From assembly GCA_037442745.1 (NCBI GenBank), contig JBBIPP010000004.1:16027-80026 (forward strand): DNA of 64,000 bases, read 5' to 3'. The position numbers and the translations under genes were made by a program. The notes below the pieces were generated by a model. The model was not told the origin of the DNA and did not search any database. It saw nothing but the letters and a program-made list of their open reading frames with translations. Origin of the DNA: an archaeon (lineage in GTDB: Archaea > SpSt-1190 > DYHY01). Positions 17,566 to 25,791 of the stretch are shown here, piece after piece (position 1 is the first letter of the stretch; every line of letters starts with the position of its first letter).

Positions 17566-19653
17566 TCATTCTTTGTTCTTCATGCTGTATGTAAATGGCT
17601 GGCTCCCTCCCCAGATGTTTGTTCCGGGCATTTGGTGGGAAATTCCTCCCTGGTAGAGAGATGGCGATGCTAGCGTGCTGTAAGTCGCTCTGAATGGCTG
17701 AGCAAGCGATGGTCCGAACGAATAAAGGCTCTTTGAAATCATTCCGCTGTTCTGTGCCGCAAATGATGCGAAATAGCTTCCGCCCGGGCTTCCTCCATAT
17801 GCGGGGGTCGGAACGCCCGCATATCCGAGCTTTCTGATTAATTCCTCTTCCGCCCCTCCCTTGACTCCCGGCATATTCACTGCCTGCAACGTGTCCAATG
17901 GAGCTCCCAAAAGAAGGGTTTCTATTCCGCCTTCAACATCCTTGATTCCCCCGCTCCCGGGCTCGAATGTCAACGGAACTCCCATTTCAACAAGCTTCTG
18001 GAGGAGTTCGGGGTTCTTCCTTGCAACATCGTCCTCAATTGAGCCGAACCCCTTGTGCCCGAAAATTGATGCAGTGGAACCTCCCCCGACAAGATGGACA
18101 TGGCCAATCATACCTTCCTTGCCCATTTCCTTCAGTTCTTTGAGGAATTTTGTCGGGTCAGTCTGGCTTCCGATTGCAGCATGCTCGGTGTCGAACGTCA
18201 TTTTGATGTGCTCTTCAGGGATTCCGTGCTTTTTGGCAACTTCCCTGAGAGCCTCTACCGCCTTTGCCATGTGCTCGGCTTTGTTGAAATATCCGGCAGC
18301 GTCAAGGACACCTGCCTCTGGATTCACGCCCCAGAGGTTCTCTGCTGAGAGGACAATTCCGTGCTTGGTCAGGTTCTCAAGGACTTCTTTGTTCCTGAAA
18401 ACGTCGTCGAAGGTCTCCTTAAGGTTGTTCACCCACGATTCAGTTGCTCTTTTCGCGTCGGGAGCGGACGATACTCCTGTGAGGTCAATCTGCCTGTTTA
18501 AGGTCATTGCAATTGCGAAATTCATCCTTCTTGCAGCTTCTTGGCCAGCTCCGCTTGTTTTGAAGTTCTCTTTGTATGCTTCCCAGGCTTTTTTGTCCCC
18601 TCCGAACTGGGATTCGGATGCCATAAAAAGGTCCCTGTTAGGGTCGCCCATCCCGTCATATTCGAATTTTGAGTCAATAGTTGAGCCGTCCTTGTTTATC
18701 CGGCCCCCGGTTGCCATTGTCGCTACCTGCCATTTGGATTCCTTTCCGCGCTCGAGATCCTTGAGAGTTTCATCAACATCCCTGTTCTTGGCAAGCTCTT
18801 TTGCGTTCGCAATGAATCGCTCGAATTCCTCCTTGCTTGCGAGCTGTTGGAAGAAGGCAGACGCGCCCCTTCTCACGTTGTCGTTCGCGCTGGTTATGTA
18901 GGAGTTGGCGGCTGCAATTGCCTCCTGGCGTATTTTCTCGTCGTTTCTCTCGCCCTTGTTTATAAGCTCAATTGCTTTTTTCAGGGCGTCAGTCCTTGCG
19001 CCCGTTGCCCCGAATTCCTGGGAATACATTGGGGCGGAAGCTGCATAGTGCTGGGTGAATTGCATTGACTGGGCGTTATACATTATCCCGGCTTCAGTCT
19101 GGAGCTTTTCGTAAATTGGGGAATCTTTGCTTATCCCGTTCCTCTCGCACCATTTCGTGAATTCTGTCTTGTCCCGCATCATCAGGTGGGCCTGGACAGG
19201 GGTCGCCTGCCATGTGAACGGGTCCAAAAATGACGCACCTGAAAGATTTGCTGTCGGGTGAAATGTGACATATTTAGCGCCCATTTCTTTCGCATATTTT
19301 ATTGACTGCCTCATTATTTCCGCTGCTTCGATTCTTTGTCCCCAGGACTGACTTGAGAAATCGACTTGGTAGGGCGCGTGCACCGAGAACTGGGCTCCGA
19401 ATTCCGCCGCAATCTGCTTTGTTATCCTTTTCTGGGCTTCTGGAATCTGGCCGGGAAGGATTTTCTTGTTATATGCGTCTGCGAGGTCGAGCTCAACCCT
19501 TGTTAGCCCCCGTTCAAACGTCTGCCGAAGGCGCTCTCCCATTGGGAGGTTTTCCCAGCCTCCTCCAGTGGGAAGCGAGGTTCCCCTCTTTCCGATAAAA
19601 GGAAGAGAGCCTACGTTCTTTTCAGCAGTCATTTTTCTCAATATTTCCAACAT
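17566..19653 (-). CDS. Xylose-isomerase-like TIM-barrel (AP endonuclease 2 / sugar-phosphate isomerase fold) protein with a ~300-aa internal insertion and a G/S/P/Y-rich tail
   Basis: 695-aa ORF. N-terminal half-barrel motifs (FSVHAPYQ, AKYVTFHP), C-terminal half-barrel motifs (SAENLWG, TFDTEHAA, GHVHLVGGG, TFEPGSGG), separated by a helical K/E/A-rich segment. Confidence 0.6.
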   Translation of the reverse strand: MLEILRKMTAEKNVGSLPFIGKRGTSLPTGGGWENLPMGERLRQTFERGLTRVELDLADAYNKKILPGQIPEAQKRITKQIAAEFGAQFSVHAPYQVDFSSQSWGQRIEAAEIMRQSIKYAKEMGAKYVTFHPTANLSGASFLDPFTWQATPVQAHLMMRDKTEFTKWCERNGISKDSPIYEKLQTEAGIMYNAQSMQFTQHYAASAPMYSQEFGATGARTDALKKAIELINKGERNDEKIRQEAIAAANSYITSANDNVRRGASAFFQQLASKEEFERFIANAKELAKNRDVDETLKDLERGKESKWQVATMATGGRINKDGSTIDSKFEYDGMGDPNRDLFMASESQFGGDKKAWEAYKENFKTSGAGQEAARRMNFAIAMTLNRQIDLTGVSSAPDAKRATESWVNNLKETFDDVFRNKEVLENLTKHGIVLSAENLWGVNPEAGVLDAAGYFNKAEHMAKAVEALREVAKKHGIPEEHIKMTFDTEHAAIGSQTDPTKFLKELKEMGKEGMIGHVHLVGGGSTASIFGHKGFGSIEDDVARKNPELLQKLVEMGVPLTFEPGSGGIKDVEGGIETLLLGAPLDTLQAVNMPGVKGGAEEELIRKLGYAGVPTPAYGGSPGGSYFASFAAQNSGMISKSLYSFGPSLAQPFRATYSTLASPSLYQGGISHQMPGTNIWGGSQPFTYSMKNKE

Positions 19654-19697
19654 CCCCTATATTTTAACCCTTTCCACGGGGAGAGAGAAAATTTTCC

Positions 19698-20342
19698 CTA
19701 AAAATTGGAATAGTTGCCCCTTTTCTCTTCGTCCTCGTCAGACCGCCCAAGGAGGCGCTTGACAACAGTTTCAGCGCTAGTGTCAGTTCCGAACCGCACT
19801 TTTGCATAGTCGGGAGAATTCCCCCCGCCCGAATAGAGCCCGGACACCGCATCCCCGACAGAGGCATATGGATTGTCGCTTTTCATCTCATCGCTTTGCC
19901 TGTATCCTGAGAAAATCGTAGCAGTCTGAAGCTCGGCTTTCTGGGGATGCTCAATTGCCTGTGTTGGCTCGTTCATCACTGGGGAATATTTCCTGATTAT
20001 TTCTCCCACAACCCCCTCCATTCCCTTCGGAGCCTGGGACATCAGGGCCTTTAATTTTTCAGAGCGGTTCTTCTCCCCACTCGCAAGAATTTCCCGAATC
20101 CGGAGGAAAATGAGATTTCTCATCCTTTCATCCTGGTCGTTCTCCCGCTCCTCTTCCTCTGTTGCTTTTGAAATGTCAGGGGAGAATATTTCGGATTGGT
20201 CAAGTTCTTTTTGCCTTTTTTTAATCCAGTCCGAGGAAGTTTTTTCCTCAAAATCCCCAAGGCTCCTCTCAAGCTCGTCTAATGCAAAAAGCTCGCGCTC
20301 CTTTTTCTGGCCGGGCTTTTTATTTTCGTCGCTTGAAGGCAT
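19698..20342 (-). CDS. Hypothetical acidic protein, co-directional with and 44 nt upstream of the TIM-barrel gene
   Basis: 214-aa ORF with D/E-rich ends and a G/S/Y-rich patch (SGLYSGGGNSPDY). No recognisable domain. Confidence 0.55.
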   Translation of the reverse strand: MPSSDENKKPGQKKERELFALDELERSLGDFEEKTSSDWIKKRQKELDQSEIFSPDISKATEEEERENDQDERMRNLIFLRIREILASGEKNRSEKLKALMSQAPKGMEGVVGEIIRKYSPVMNEPTQAIEHPQKAELQTATIFSGYRQSDEMKSDNPYASVGDAVSGLYSGGGNSPDYAKVRFGTDTSAETVVKRLLGRSDEDEEKRGNYSNF

Positions 20343-20385
20343 TATCGAGCCCTATTAGGGCAAACTCCCTTATTATTCCTCCGTT

Positions 20386-20400
20386 GAAAAGTTTTATAAA
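20386..20400 (+). promoter_or_regulatory. Archaeal BRE/TATA promoter of the 5S rRNA gene
   Basis: GAAAAG followed by TTTTATAAA, centred about 25 nt upstream of the predicted 5S 5' end. Confidence 0.55.
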
Positions 20401-20420
20401 CACTTGAAACGCATCCCAAA

Positions 20421-20538
20421 TGTCAGCGGCCAAAGGTTCCGGGCAAGACCCGTTCCCATCCCGAACACGGAAGTGAATCCGGAACGCGAATGTGGCTGTA
20501 CTGCCCTTTGTGGCGGGAACCCACGTGCGTTGCTGACA
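20421..20538 (+). rRNA. rrf: 5S ribosomal RNA (orphan, not linked to 16S/23S in this window)
   Basis: Contains CCCGUUCCCAUCCCGAACACGGAAGU (universal loop B/helix III region). Terminal helix GUCAGC/GCUGAC and helix II GGUUCCGG/CCGGAACG. About 118 nt. A T-run follows. Confidence 0.85.
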
Positions 20539-20832
20539 CTAAACCAGCTTCTCCTTTTTCAAAAAGTCCGTTTACGGGTCAAAAGAAAAATATGTGGGTT
20601 TTTCAAACCAGCGATTCTGCATTGTTATTGAATTGCTTTTTGTGGCGGCCGAGCCATCGGGCGAGGTCCGTACAGCAGTACGGAAAACCCACGTGCGTTG
20701 CTGACACTAAACCAGCTTCTCCTTTTTCAAAAAGTCCGTTTACGGGTCAAAAGAAAAATATGTGGGTTTTTCAAACCAGCGATTCTGCATTGTTATTGAA
20801 TTGCTTTTTGTGGCGGCCGAGCCATCGGGCGA
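20507..20832. repeat. Tandem duplication seeded in the 5S rRNA 3' end (anchor TTTGTGGCGG at 20507, 20639, 20807; 145-bp identical blocks 20520-20664 and 20688-20832)
   Basis: Direct comparison shows two identical 145-bp blocks with a 168-bp period. The copy starting at the 20639 anchor carries a ~36-nt insertion relative to the genuine 5S 3' end, including the perfect hairpin TCCGTAC-AGCA-GTACGGA (20667-20684). Confidence 0.9.
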
Positions 20833-20867
20833 AATTTTGAAAAAGAGAGTGCTTATTTTTCTTGCAT

Positions 20868-21702
20868 ATGAGTTTTACTTCATTTATTAAAGAGCCCGAT
20901 GTAAAGGCGCATTTTTTCAAGACGTTTCCTCTTCCCGATGTTGATACTCCTTCTGAAGTAATGGCTCCTCCAGTAACTGCCAATTATAGTTCAGTAGGCA
21001 CGCTTTTGACTATTTGTTAGGGTTTTATGTAAAAAGGAAAAATCCATCAGCCAAAACGCGTGAATTGGTTGCCGAGTCCGCAATATCTAGAATAGAGGAT
21101 GTTCAGTTAAAGTCAAAGTTGGCGAAGCGCATTGCCGAAGCTAAAAAACTTATTTGGATTATTTGAAAGAAGGGCGTCTCTCTGAACCAATCATACGCAC
21201 CGCGATATATCTTGCAAAAATAGATCCTATATATAGGGCGAATTATATTGACTCGAAATTGGATTCTATAGATGCTGGAGATGTCCAAGATTTAAAGAAC
21301 CTAATTAATCTTGTCGCGGAAAGCCAATTCAGTTCAAAGAAACTATGTGTGCTAAATCCGACATTCGGAAACGCCTCCAATTTGGTGGATGGCGCGGATG
21401 CAGATTTGATAATTGACTCGAATCTCATCGATATAAAGACAACGAAATTTATTCTACTGAATGAGCAAGATTATCATCAGCTGATAGGTTATTGCATTCT
21501 TTCAAATATCAGCGACGTTGATGGGGTAGGCAAAGTGAAAATAGATAGGCCGTCACTATACTTCTCTCGGGGCGGAACTTTTCTCTCTTTAAACGCGCGA
21601 ACTTCAAAATCATTTATTTTGCATATTTCAAACAAAGAGTTCCGTGAGTTTGTCAAGTGGTTTGTTCATAGAGCGTCTAACCCGCCACAGTCGCGTCCTT
21701 GA
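20868..21702 (+). pseudogene. PD-(D/E)XK (restriction-endonuclease-fold) nuclease-like gene broken by two frameshifts
   Basis: Three consecutive frame segments: MSFTSFIKEPD...SVGT (to 21020), FDYLLGFYVKRKNPSAKTREL...AEAKKLI (to 21166), LDYLKEGRLSE... (21154-21702). Switches fall at a T-run (21004-21007) and near an A-run (21143-21148). Core motif GADADLIIDSNLIDIKTTK. Confidence 0.6.
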
Positions 21703-21747
21703 TTTTACTCAAAAGGTTATTAAACCTCAAAATATGCCTCAATTGCA

Positions 21748-22038
21748 ATGGCAGGAAACGACGGGAAAATAAAGGCAAGCCACATATTGGTAGAAAAGCA
21801 GAGCAAGGCGCTCGAAATTCTGGGAATAATAAAGAACAAGCAAAAGACCTTCGAGCAGGCGGCGCAGGAATTCTCAAACTGCCCTTCGAAGAAGAGGGGC
21901 GGTGACTTGGGCTTTTTCGGAAGGGGTCAGATGGTAAAGGAATTCGATGAGGCAGCACGCATGCTACAAATAGGGCAGATAACGGAGCAACCCGTAAAGA
22001 CCAGGTTTGGTTATCATCTGATAAAAAGAACGGCATAA
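21748..22038 (+). CDS. Parvulin-type peptidyl-prolyl cis-trans isomerase (PpiC family)
   Basis: 96-aa ORF. ASHILV ... CPSKKRGGDLGFFGRGQMVKEFD ... TRFGYHLIKR. Confidence 0.85.
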   Translation: MAGNDGKIKASHILVEKQSKALEILGIIKNKQKTFEQAAQEFSNCPSKKRGGDLGFFGRGQMVKEFDEAARMLQIGQITEQPVKTRFGYHLIKRTA

Positions 22039-22051
22039 GTAAAAAATTGGC

Positions 22052-22078
22052 TCTTTTTTGGGCTCATCTTTTATTTTT
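22052..22078 (+). terminator. Poly-T archaeal terminator after the parvulin gene
   Basis: CTCTTTTTTG and CTTTTATTTTT runs within 40 nt of the stop codon. Confidence 0.45.
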
Positions 22079-22160
22079 CCTTATCTTATTACCTTTGGTA
22101 GGCCATTGTACTTAAAGTTTATATACTACTTAAAAGTAAATATAAACTAAGGCGAGTAAA

Positions 22161-22463
22161 ATGGTAACTGAACTTGTGCTGGGGGACAAACTGGTGGAAT
22201 TCGAGGTTGGTTCAATTTCGGTTACGGAGGAGGAATTGCCTGACGGATTCAGGATTCACGAGGAAGGAAACACTCTGGGAGTCGACATTGAAAAGCACGG
22301 GGAAAAATTAAGATACACGACCCATTCCTGGGACGGGATAAAATTGAAGCTTGCAAAGGATATTGTGGAAAGCGAGATTTTTTCAGCAGAACTCCGCCAC
22401 AATTTCGCGGGTATTGGAAAGCGCTTGGCGGAAGAATTGGGTGAAATAGACTCTGCAACCTAA
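22161..22463 (+). CDS. Hypothetical protein
   Basis: 100-aa ORF preceded by a TATA-like GTTTATATAC and AAGGCGAG. No recognisable motif. Confidence 0.5.
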   Translation: MVTELVLGDKLVEFEVGSISVTEEELPDGFRIHEEGNTLGVDIEKHGEKLRYTTHSWDGIKLKLAKDIVESEIFSAELRHNFAGIGKRLAEELGEIDSAT

Positions 22464-22484
22464 CTATTTTAATCCGAACAGGCA

Positions 22485-23186
22485 TTGATTTCTTCCCTGA
22501 TGGATTGCTCAATAGTAATTCCAGCCAAAAACGAAGGAGCGAATCTGTCGGCTCTTTTGCCAGTTCTTCGGGAGAGCTTCCCGGATGCGAATATATTTGT
22601 TGTCTGCCCATTGTCCGAGGTTCGCCCCCTCTCGAAAAAATTTCCATGGACGAAAATAATTCCATGCGACTCCGGATTCGGCCCCTCTGTCCTTTTGGGT
22701 CTTTCCAAATGCAAACATTTTCCGGCAATCGTCCTAGATGCTGACTTGTCCCATTCCCCCATTGATGCTGGCGGACTGTTGCGGTTTTTCCGGAAAAAAA
22801 AGCTGGACATTGCAATTGGCTCCAGATACTGCCCCGGGGGGAAAATCTCCGGATGGAGCCATTTCAGGAAGTTCCTCTCGGAATCCGCGAACTCGTTCTC
22901 GAAAAAGCTTCTCAAGTCGGGTGTTTCCGACCTGACATCTGGCTTCCGGATATATTCAAGGAAAGCAGTTAATCGGCTTGTTCCTGCTGACAGAAAAAAG
23001 AGTTTCCCGATTGATGCCTATCCATTCCAGCTAGCTTCCCTCGCATTCCTTGAGCGGGGCGGGTTCAGAATAGGAGAATTCCCGATTGAATTCCGGGAGA
23101 GGATGTCCGGAACCTCGAAAACATTTTCCCTTCGGGCTCTCGCGTTGTTCTTCAAAAATCTTGTTTCCCTTGCGAGGAACCCCTAA
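22485..23186 (+). CDS. GT2 glycosyltransferase (dolichyl-phosphate mannose/glucose synthase-like)
   Basis: 233-aa ORF. CSIVIPAKNEGANL, DxD-type LDADLSH, GSRY. Confidence 0.8.
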   Translation: MISSLMDCSIVIPAKNEGANLSALLPVLRESFPDANIFVVCPLSEVRPLSKKFPWTKIIPCDSGFGPSVLLGLSKCKHFPAIVLDADLSHSPIDAGGLLRFFRKKKLDIAIGSRYCPGGKISGWSHFRKFLSESANSFSKKLLKSGVSDLTSGFRIYSRKAVNRLVPADRKKSFPIDAYPFQLASLAFLERGGFRIGEFPIEFRERMSGTSKTFSLRALALFFKNLVSLARNP

Positions 23187-24043
23187 AAGGAAATCCTGTG
23201 CTTTTTTATTTCCCGGAATTTTCCGGAAAAAAGGAGGCTTTCCAATTCCTTTCTGTTCCTCCTAATTGCGCGGACAAGCTGCTTTTCCGTCAATAGTTTC
23301 CTTTCAATGAGAAAATCCGATATCGGGACGCCCTTTTTTTTAGAAAGCTTCCAAACCAATTCAGGATGCAAATAGCCCTCTTCAAAAGGGATTCCCATGA
23401 CCTTTTCAACATACCCAACTAACCCGAGAATTACCATGTCGTCAGAATCGCTCTTAACCTTGGCCGAAAAGCATTCCCCAAAAGCTGCCGAGAACTTTTC
23501 GACCATTGTCTTTGGGGATAAGAAGAAATCAGGAATGTTCGTTTTCTCCCCGTCGCAACAGAGGTTAGATATCGGGATTGCGACTGGGACACCTTTCCTT
23601 ATTGATGAGAATATCCCCAGTATTCCTCCCAAGGGAAATCTCCTGCATGTGAGTGGTCTCTCATTGTGTATTCCGCAGAGTCCGTCCGCTCCGATAAAGG
23701 GGCAACTCGAATAATAGAAAAGCCACTTTGCAATTATTGGGGGTTGTTTTTTGTCCTTTGGAATAATTGCAGTTCCCGGCTCGAATTTTCCCTGTAGGCC
23801 CAATTTTTCGAGGTTTTTCTCAAGGCCCTTTTTTTCCCAATCAAAAATCATTACTCCTTTCAGGCCCCTGCCAGGAAGGGTTCTGTAAAATGGGCCTGTA
23901 TTTCCGCGGATTACTTCGAGTTCCCTCTCGCGGGATACTGCCAAATCCCGACAGCATTTTCCGCTCCGGTCGCATCTGAACGGAACCGGCTTTTGGAAAT
24001 ATGGCCCAAGAACCCTTTTTTCAAGGAATTCCCGAATACTCAA
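23183..24043 (-). CDS. YkgJ/UPF0153-like Cys-cluster (Zn or Fe-S) protein
   Basis: 286-aa ORF. CDRSGKCCRD near the N-terminus and CPFIGADGLCGIHNERPLTCRRFP. Confidence 0.6.
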   Translation of the reverse strand: MSIREFLEKRVLGPYFQKPVPFRCDRSGKCCRDLAVSRERELEVIRGNTGPFYRTLPGRGLKGVMIFDWEKKGLEKNLEKLGLQGKFEPGTAIIPKDKKQPPIIAKWLFYYSSCPFIGADGLCGIHNERPLTCRRFPLGGILGIFSSIRKGVPVAIPISNLCCDGEKTNIPDFFLSPKTMVEKFSAAFGECFSAKVKSDSDDMVILGLVGYVEKVMGIPFEEGYLHPELVWKLSKKKGVPISDFLIERKLLTEKQLVRAIRRNRKELESLLFSGKFREIKKHRISF

Positions 24044-24951
24044 AGAGAGGATGTCATTGCCTCCGGAATTGACTCAACGAGCCACTGGGGAAGAACCCGT
24101 TTCCTTTTCTGAAGGCACACGTCTCCGGCAGCGCCGTTAACCCAGGCAGCGGCAGAGCAAGATTCGAATGCTTTCTCCCCGTCAGACTGCGCCCAGAAAG
24201 TTGCCACAATTCCTGCAAGAGTGTCTCCAGTTCCCCCGACGGTCATCTCAGGGTTATGCCTCCGGTTCTCCTCGAGCTTCTTTCCGTCAGTTATTATGTC
24301 AACTCCGCCCTTTAGGAGTATTGTAACCTTTGCCTTGTCAGCGGATTTCTTCACAAATTCTTTCCTTTTTTCAAATTCCTTTGCGGGGGGGATTTTCCCG
24401 AAAATTGAGAGAAATTCCTTTTCATGGGGCGTTATTATTGATTTTTTCGGCACATATTTCGCCTTGAAAGCGTCCGCGTCAAGGACAATGTTAGCTTTCA
24501 TTTTCTCAAGTTTTTTCAGGAGCTCTTCGACTGCCAAAATCGTCTCTTTTCTGTCTCCAAGACCGTTTCCGACAACAACAACGTCCGCTTTTTCAGCCTC
24601 TTTCAAAATATAGTCAATATGGGTGGAATTGAAATAGTCCCCGGAAAGCTTGAGAGTTATCAGGTGGGGCGCATATGCGTTTATTGCCCAGGCAACATTT
24701 TCAGGCGCTGCAATTTTCACAATATCCGCTCCTGCCGCATATGCTGACAGGGCAACCAATGCCGGAGAACCGACATATTCTGGCGATCCTCCGACAACAA
24801 GAATCCGTCCATAGTCGCCCTTATGGTTTGAAAAGTTTCTCGGCTTTATTACTTGCTGTATGTACTGCCTTGTCATCTGCGTTTTTCTCCTTTCGGTCAA
24901 GTTGCCGGGCGCATTAGAAAACGACCCGTTTTTCATCCCTTTTTCGGACAA
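24040..24951 (-). CDS. nnrD: ADP-dependent NAD(P)H-hydrate dehydratase (YjeF C-terminal/ribokinase-like)
   Basis: 303-aa ORF. HKGDYGRILVVGGSPEYVGSPALVALSAYAAGAD, GGTGDTLAGIVATF. Confidence 0.85.
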   Translation of the reverse strand: MSEKGMKNGSFSNAPGNLTERRKTQMTRQYIQQVIKPRNFSNHKGDYGRILVVGGSPEYVGSPALVALSAYAAGADIVKIAAPENVAWAINAYAPHLITLKLSGDYFNSTHIDYILKEAEKADVVVVGNGLGDRKETILAVEELLKKLEKMKANIVLDADAFKAKYVPKKSIITPHEKEFLSIFGKIPPAKEFEKRKEFVKKSADKAKVTILLKGGVDIITDGKKLEENRRHNPEMTVGGTGDTLAGIVATFWAQSDGEKAFESCSAAAWVNGAAGDVCLQKRKRVLPQWLVESIPEAMTSSL

Positions 24952-25023
24952 ATTCTTTTTAAAAATAGTGGTTTTATTGTCAATTTTAGCTGGAAAAGCC
25001 CAATATTTTCATATTATTGCCGA

Positions 25024-25049
25024 TAAAAAGAACAAAAAATAAAAAAGAA
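25024..25049 (-). terminator. Poly-T terminator closing the minus-strand membrane-protein operon
   Basis: On the minus strand TTCTTTTTT, ATTTTTTG and CTTTTT follow the 25063 stop within 40 nt. Confidence 0.5.
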
Positions 25050-25062
25050 CTGAATAATCAAT

Positions 25063-25275
25063 TTATTTGTCTTCTTTTGATGCGCTCATTGCGAAAACAA
25101 TTAGCCCGACAATTCCTGCGGCAACAAGCCCGTATGTAATGAATTGGCCTGAGAAGTTTATTCCTTCTAGGCCGAAAATAGTTTTCCATCCGGGCGTTGT
25201 AACAACCAGAAGCAATACTATTCCAAGAGCCCCTATCAGTACCAGTTTCTTGTCAAAAATCGGTGCGTCTCCCAT
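25063..25275 (-). CDS. Small membrane protein (2 TM), distal gene of the membrane locus
   Basis: 70-aa ORF with two hydrophobic helices. Its C-terminus GLVAAGIVGLIVFAMSASKEDK resembles the C-terminus of the 179-aa protein at 25792..26331. Confidence 0.6.
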   Translation of the reverse strand: MGDAPIFDKKLVLIGALGIVLLLVVTTPGWKTIFGLEGINFSGQFITYGLVAAGIVGLIVFAMSASKEDK

Positions 25276-25281
25276 ATTGTT

Positions 25282-25301
25282 TCTCTCTCTCTCTCTCTCT
25301 C
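25282..25301. repeat. (TC)10 / (GA)10 dinucleotide microsatellite 6 nt upstream of the 25275 start codon
   Basis: Direct reading gives tctctctctctctctctctc. On the coding strand it is (GA)10-AACAAT-ATG. Confidence 0.95.
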
Positions 25302-25396
25302 CTTCATTTTGTTTTATCTACATTTCTTGACCGGCTTCGCCGGATCTCACTTCGTTCTAGTTCGGAACCTCGGATTTTCTCTCCTAGGCTCTTAAT

Positions 25397-25717
25397 TTAC
25401 TCTTTGTTCGCGTTGTTGTTAACGAAGGCATTAACAACAAGGACAATCAGGACAATTATCAGAATAACTCCGGCTTTCCCTAGTAGCCAAGACAAAAATT
25501 CACCGACAATTGGCATGCTTGCGAGGAATAGGGTTGCGACAAGGGCGGATACTGCCGAAATTGCGGCAGCAAGCCAGACTTCATCAATTACTCCGGAGCT
25601 CTTGAGGACAACGAACATCACCAAGAAAATCAGGACGAACGGCAATATTACCGAATAAACTCCCTGCTGTACTGCCTGATCAATCACTCCTTCAATTGCA
25701 TTCGCAAATAGGTACAT
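25397..25717 (-). CDS. Membrane protein (3 TM), member of the locus paralog family; start taken at ATG 25717 (ORF track gives GTG 25735)
   Basis: MYLFANAIEGVIDQAVQQGVYSVILPFVLIFLVMFVVLKSS parallels the N-termini of the other family members. GTGAGGG lies 11 nt upstream of the ATG. Confidence 0.6.
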   Translation of the reverse strand: MYLFANAIEGVIDQAVQQGVYSVILPFVLIFLVMFVVLKSSGVIDEVWLAAAISAVSALVATLFLASMPIVGEFLSWLLGKAGVILIIVLIVLVVNAFVNNNANKE

Positions 25718-25791
25718 GTTCTTTTTTTCCCTCACTTTGTTTTATCCATATTCTTTGGTTCGGAACCTCGGGTTTACGCCCATCGGCTCCT

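Noticed and set aside
17861-18901. 346-aa plus-strand ORF
   Set aside because: It lies entirely antisense to the 695-aa TIM-barrel gene. Its composition is S/P/L/A-rich junk with no motif. A typical shadow ORF.
20490-20840. 116-aa ORF with an internally repeated sequence
   Set aside because: It reads through the 5S rRNA 3' end and the tandem repeat. Its internal protein repeat simply mirrors the DNA duplication. Not coding.
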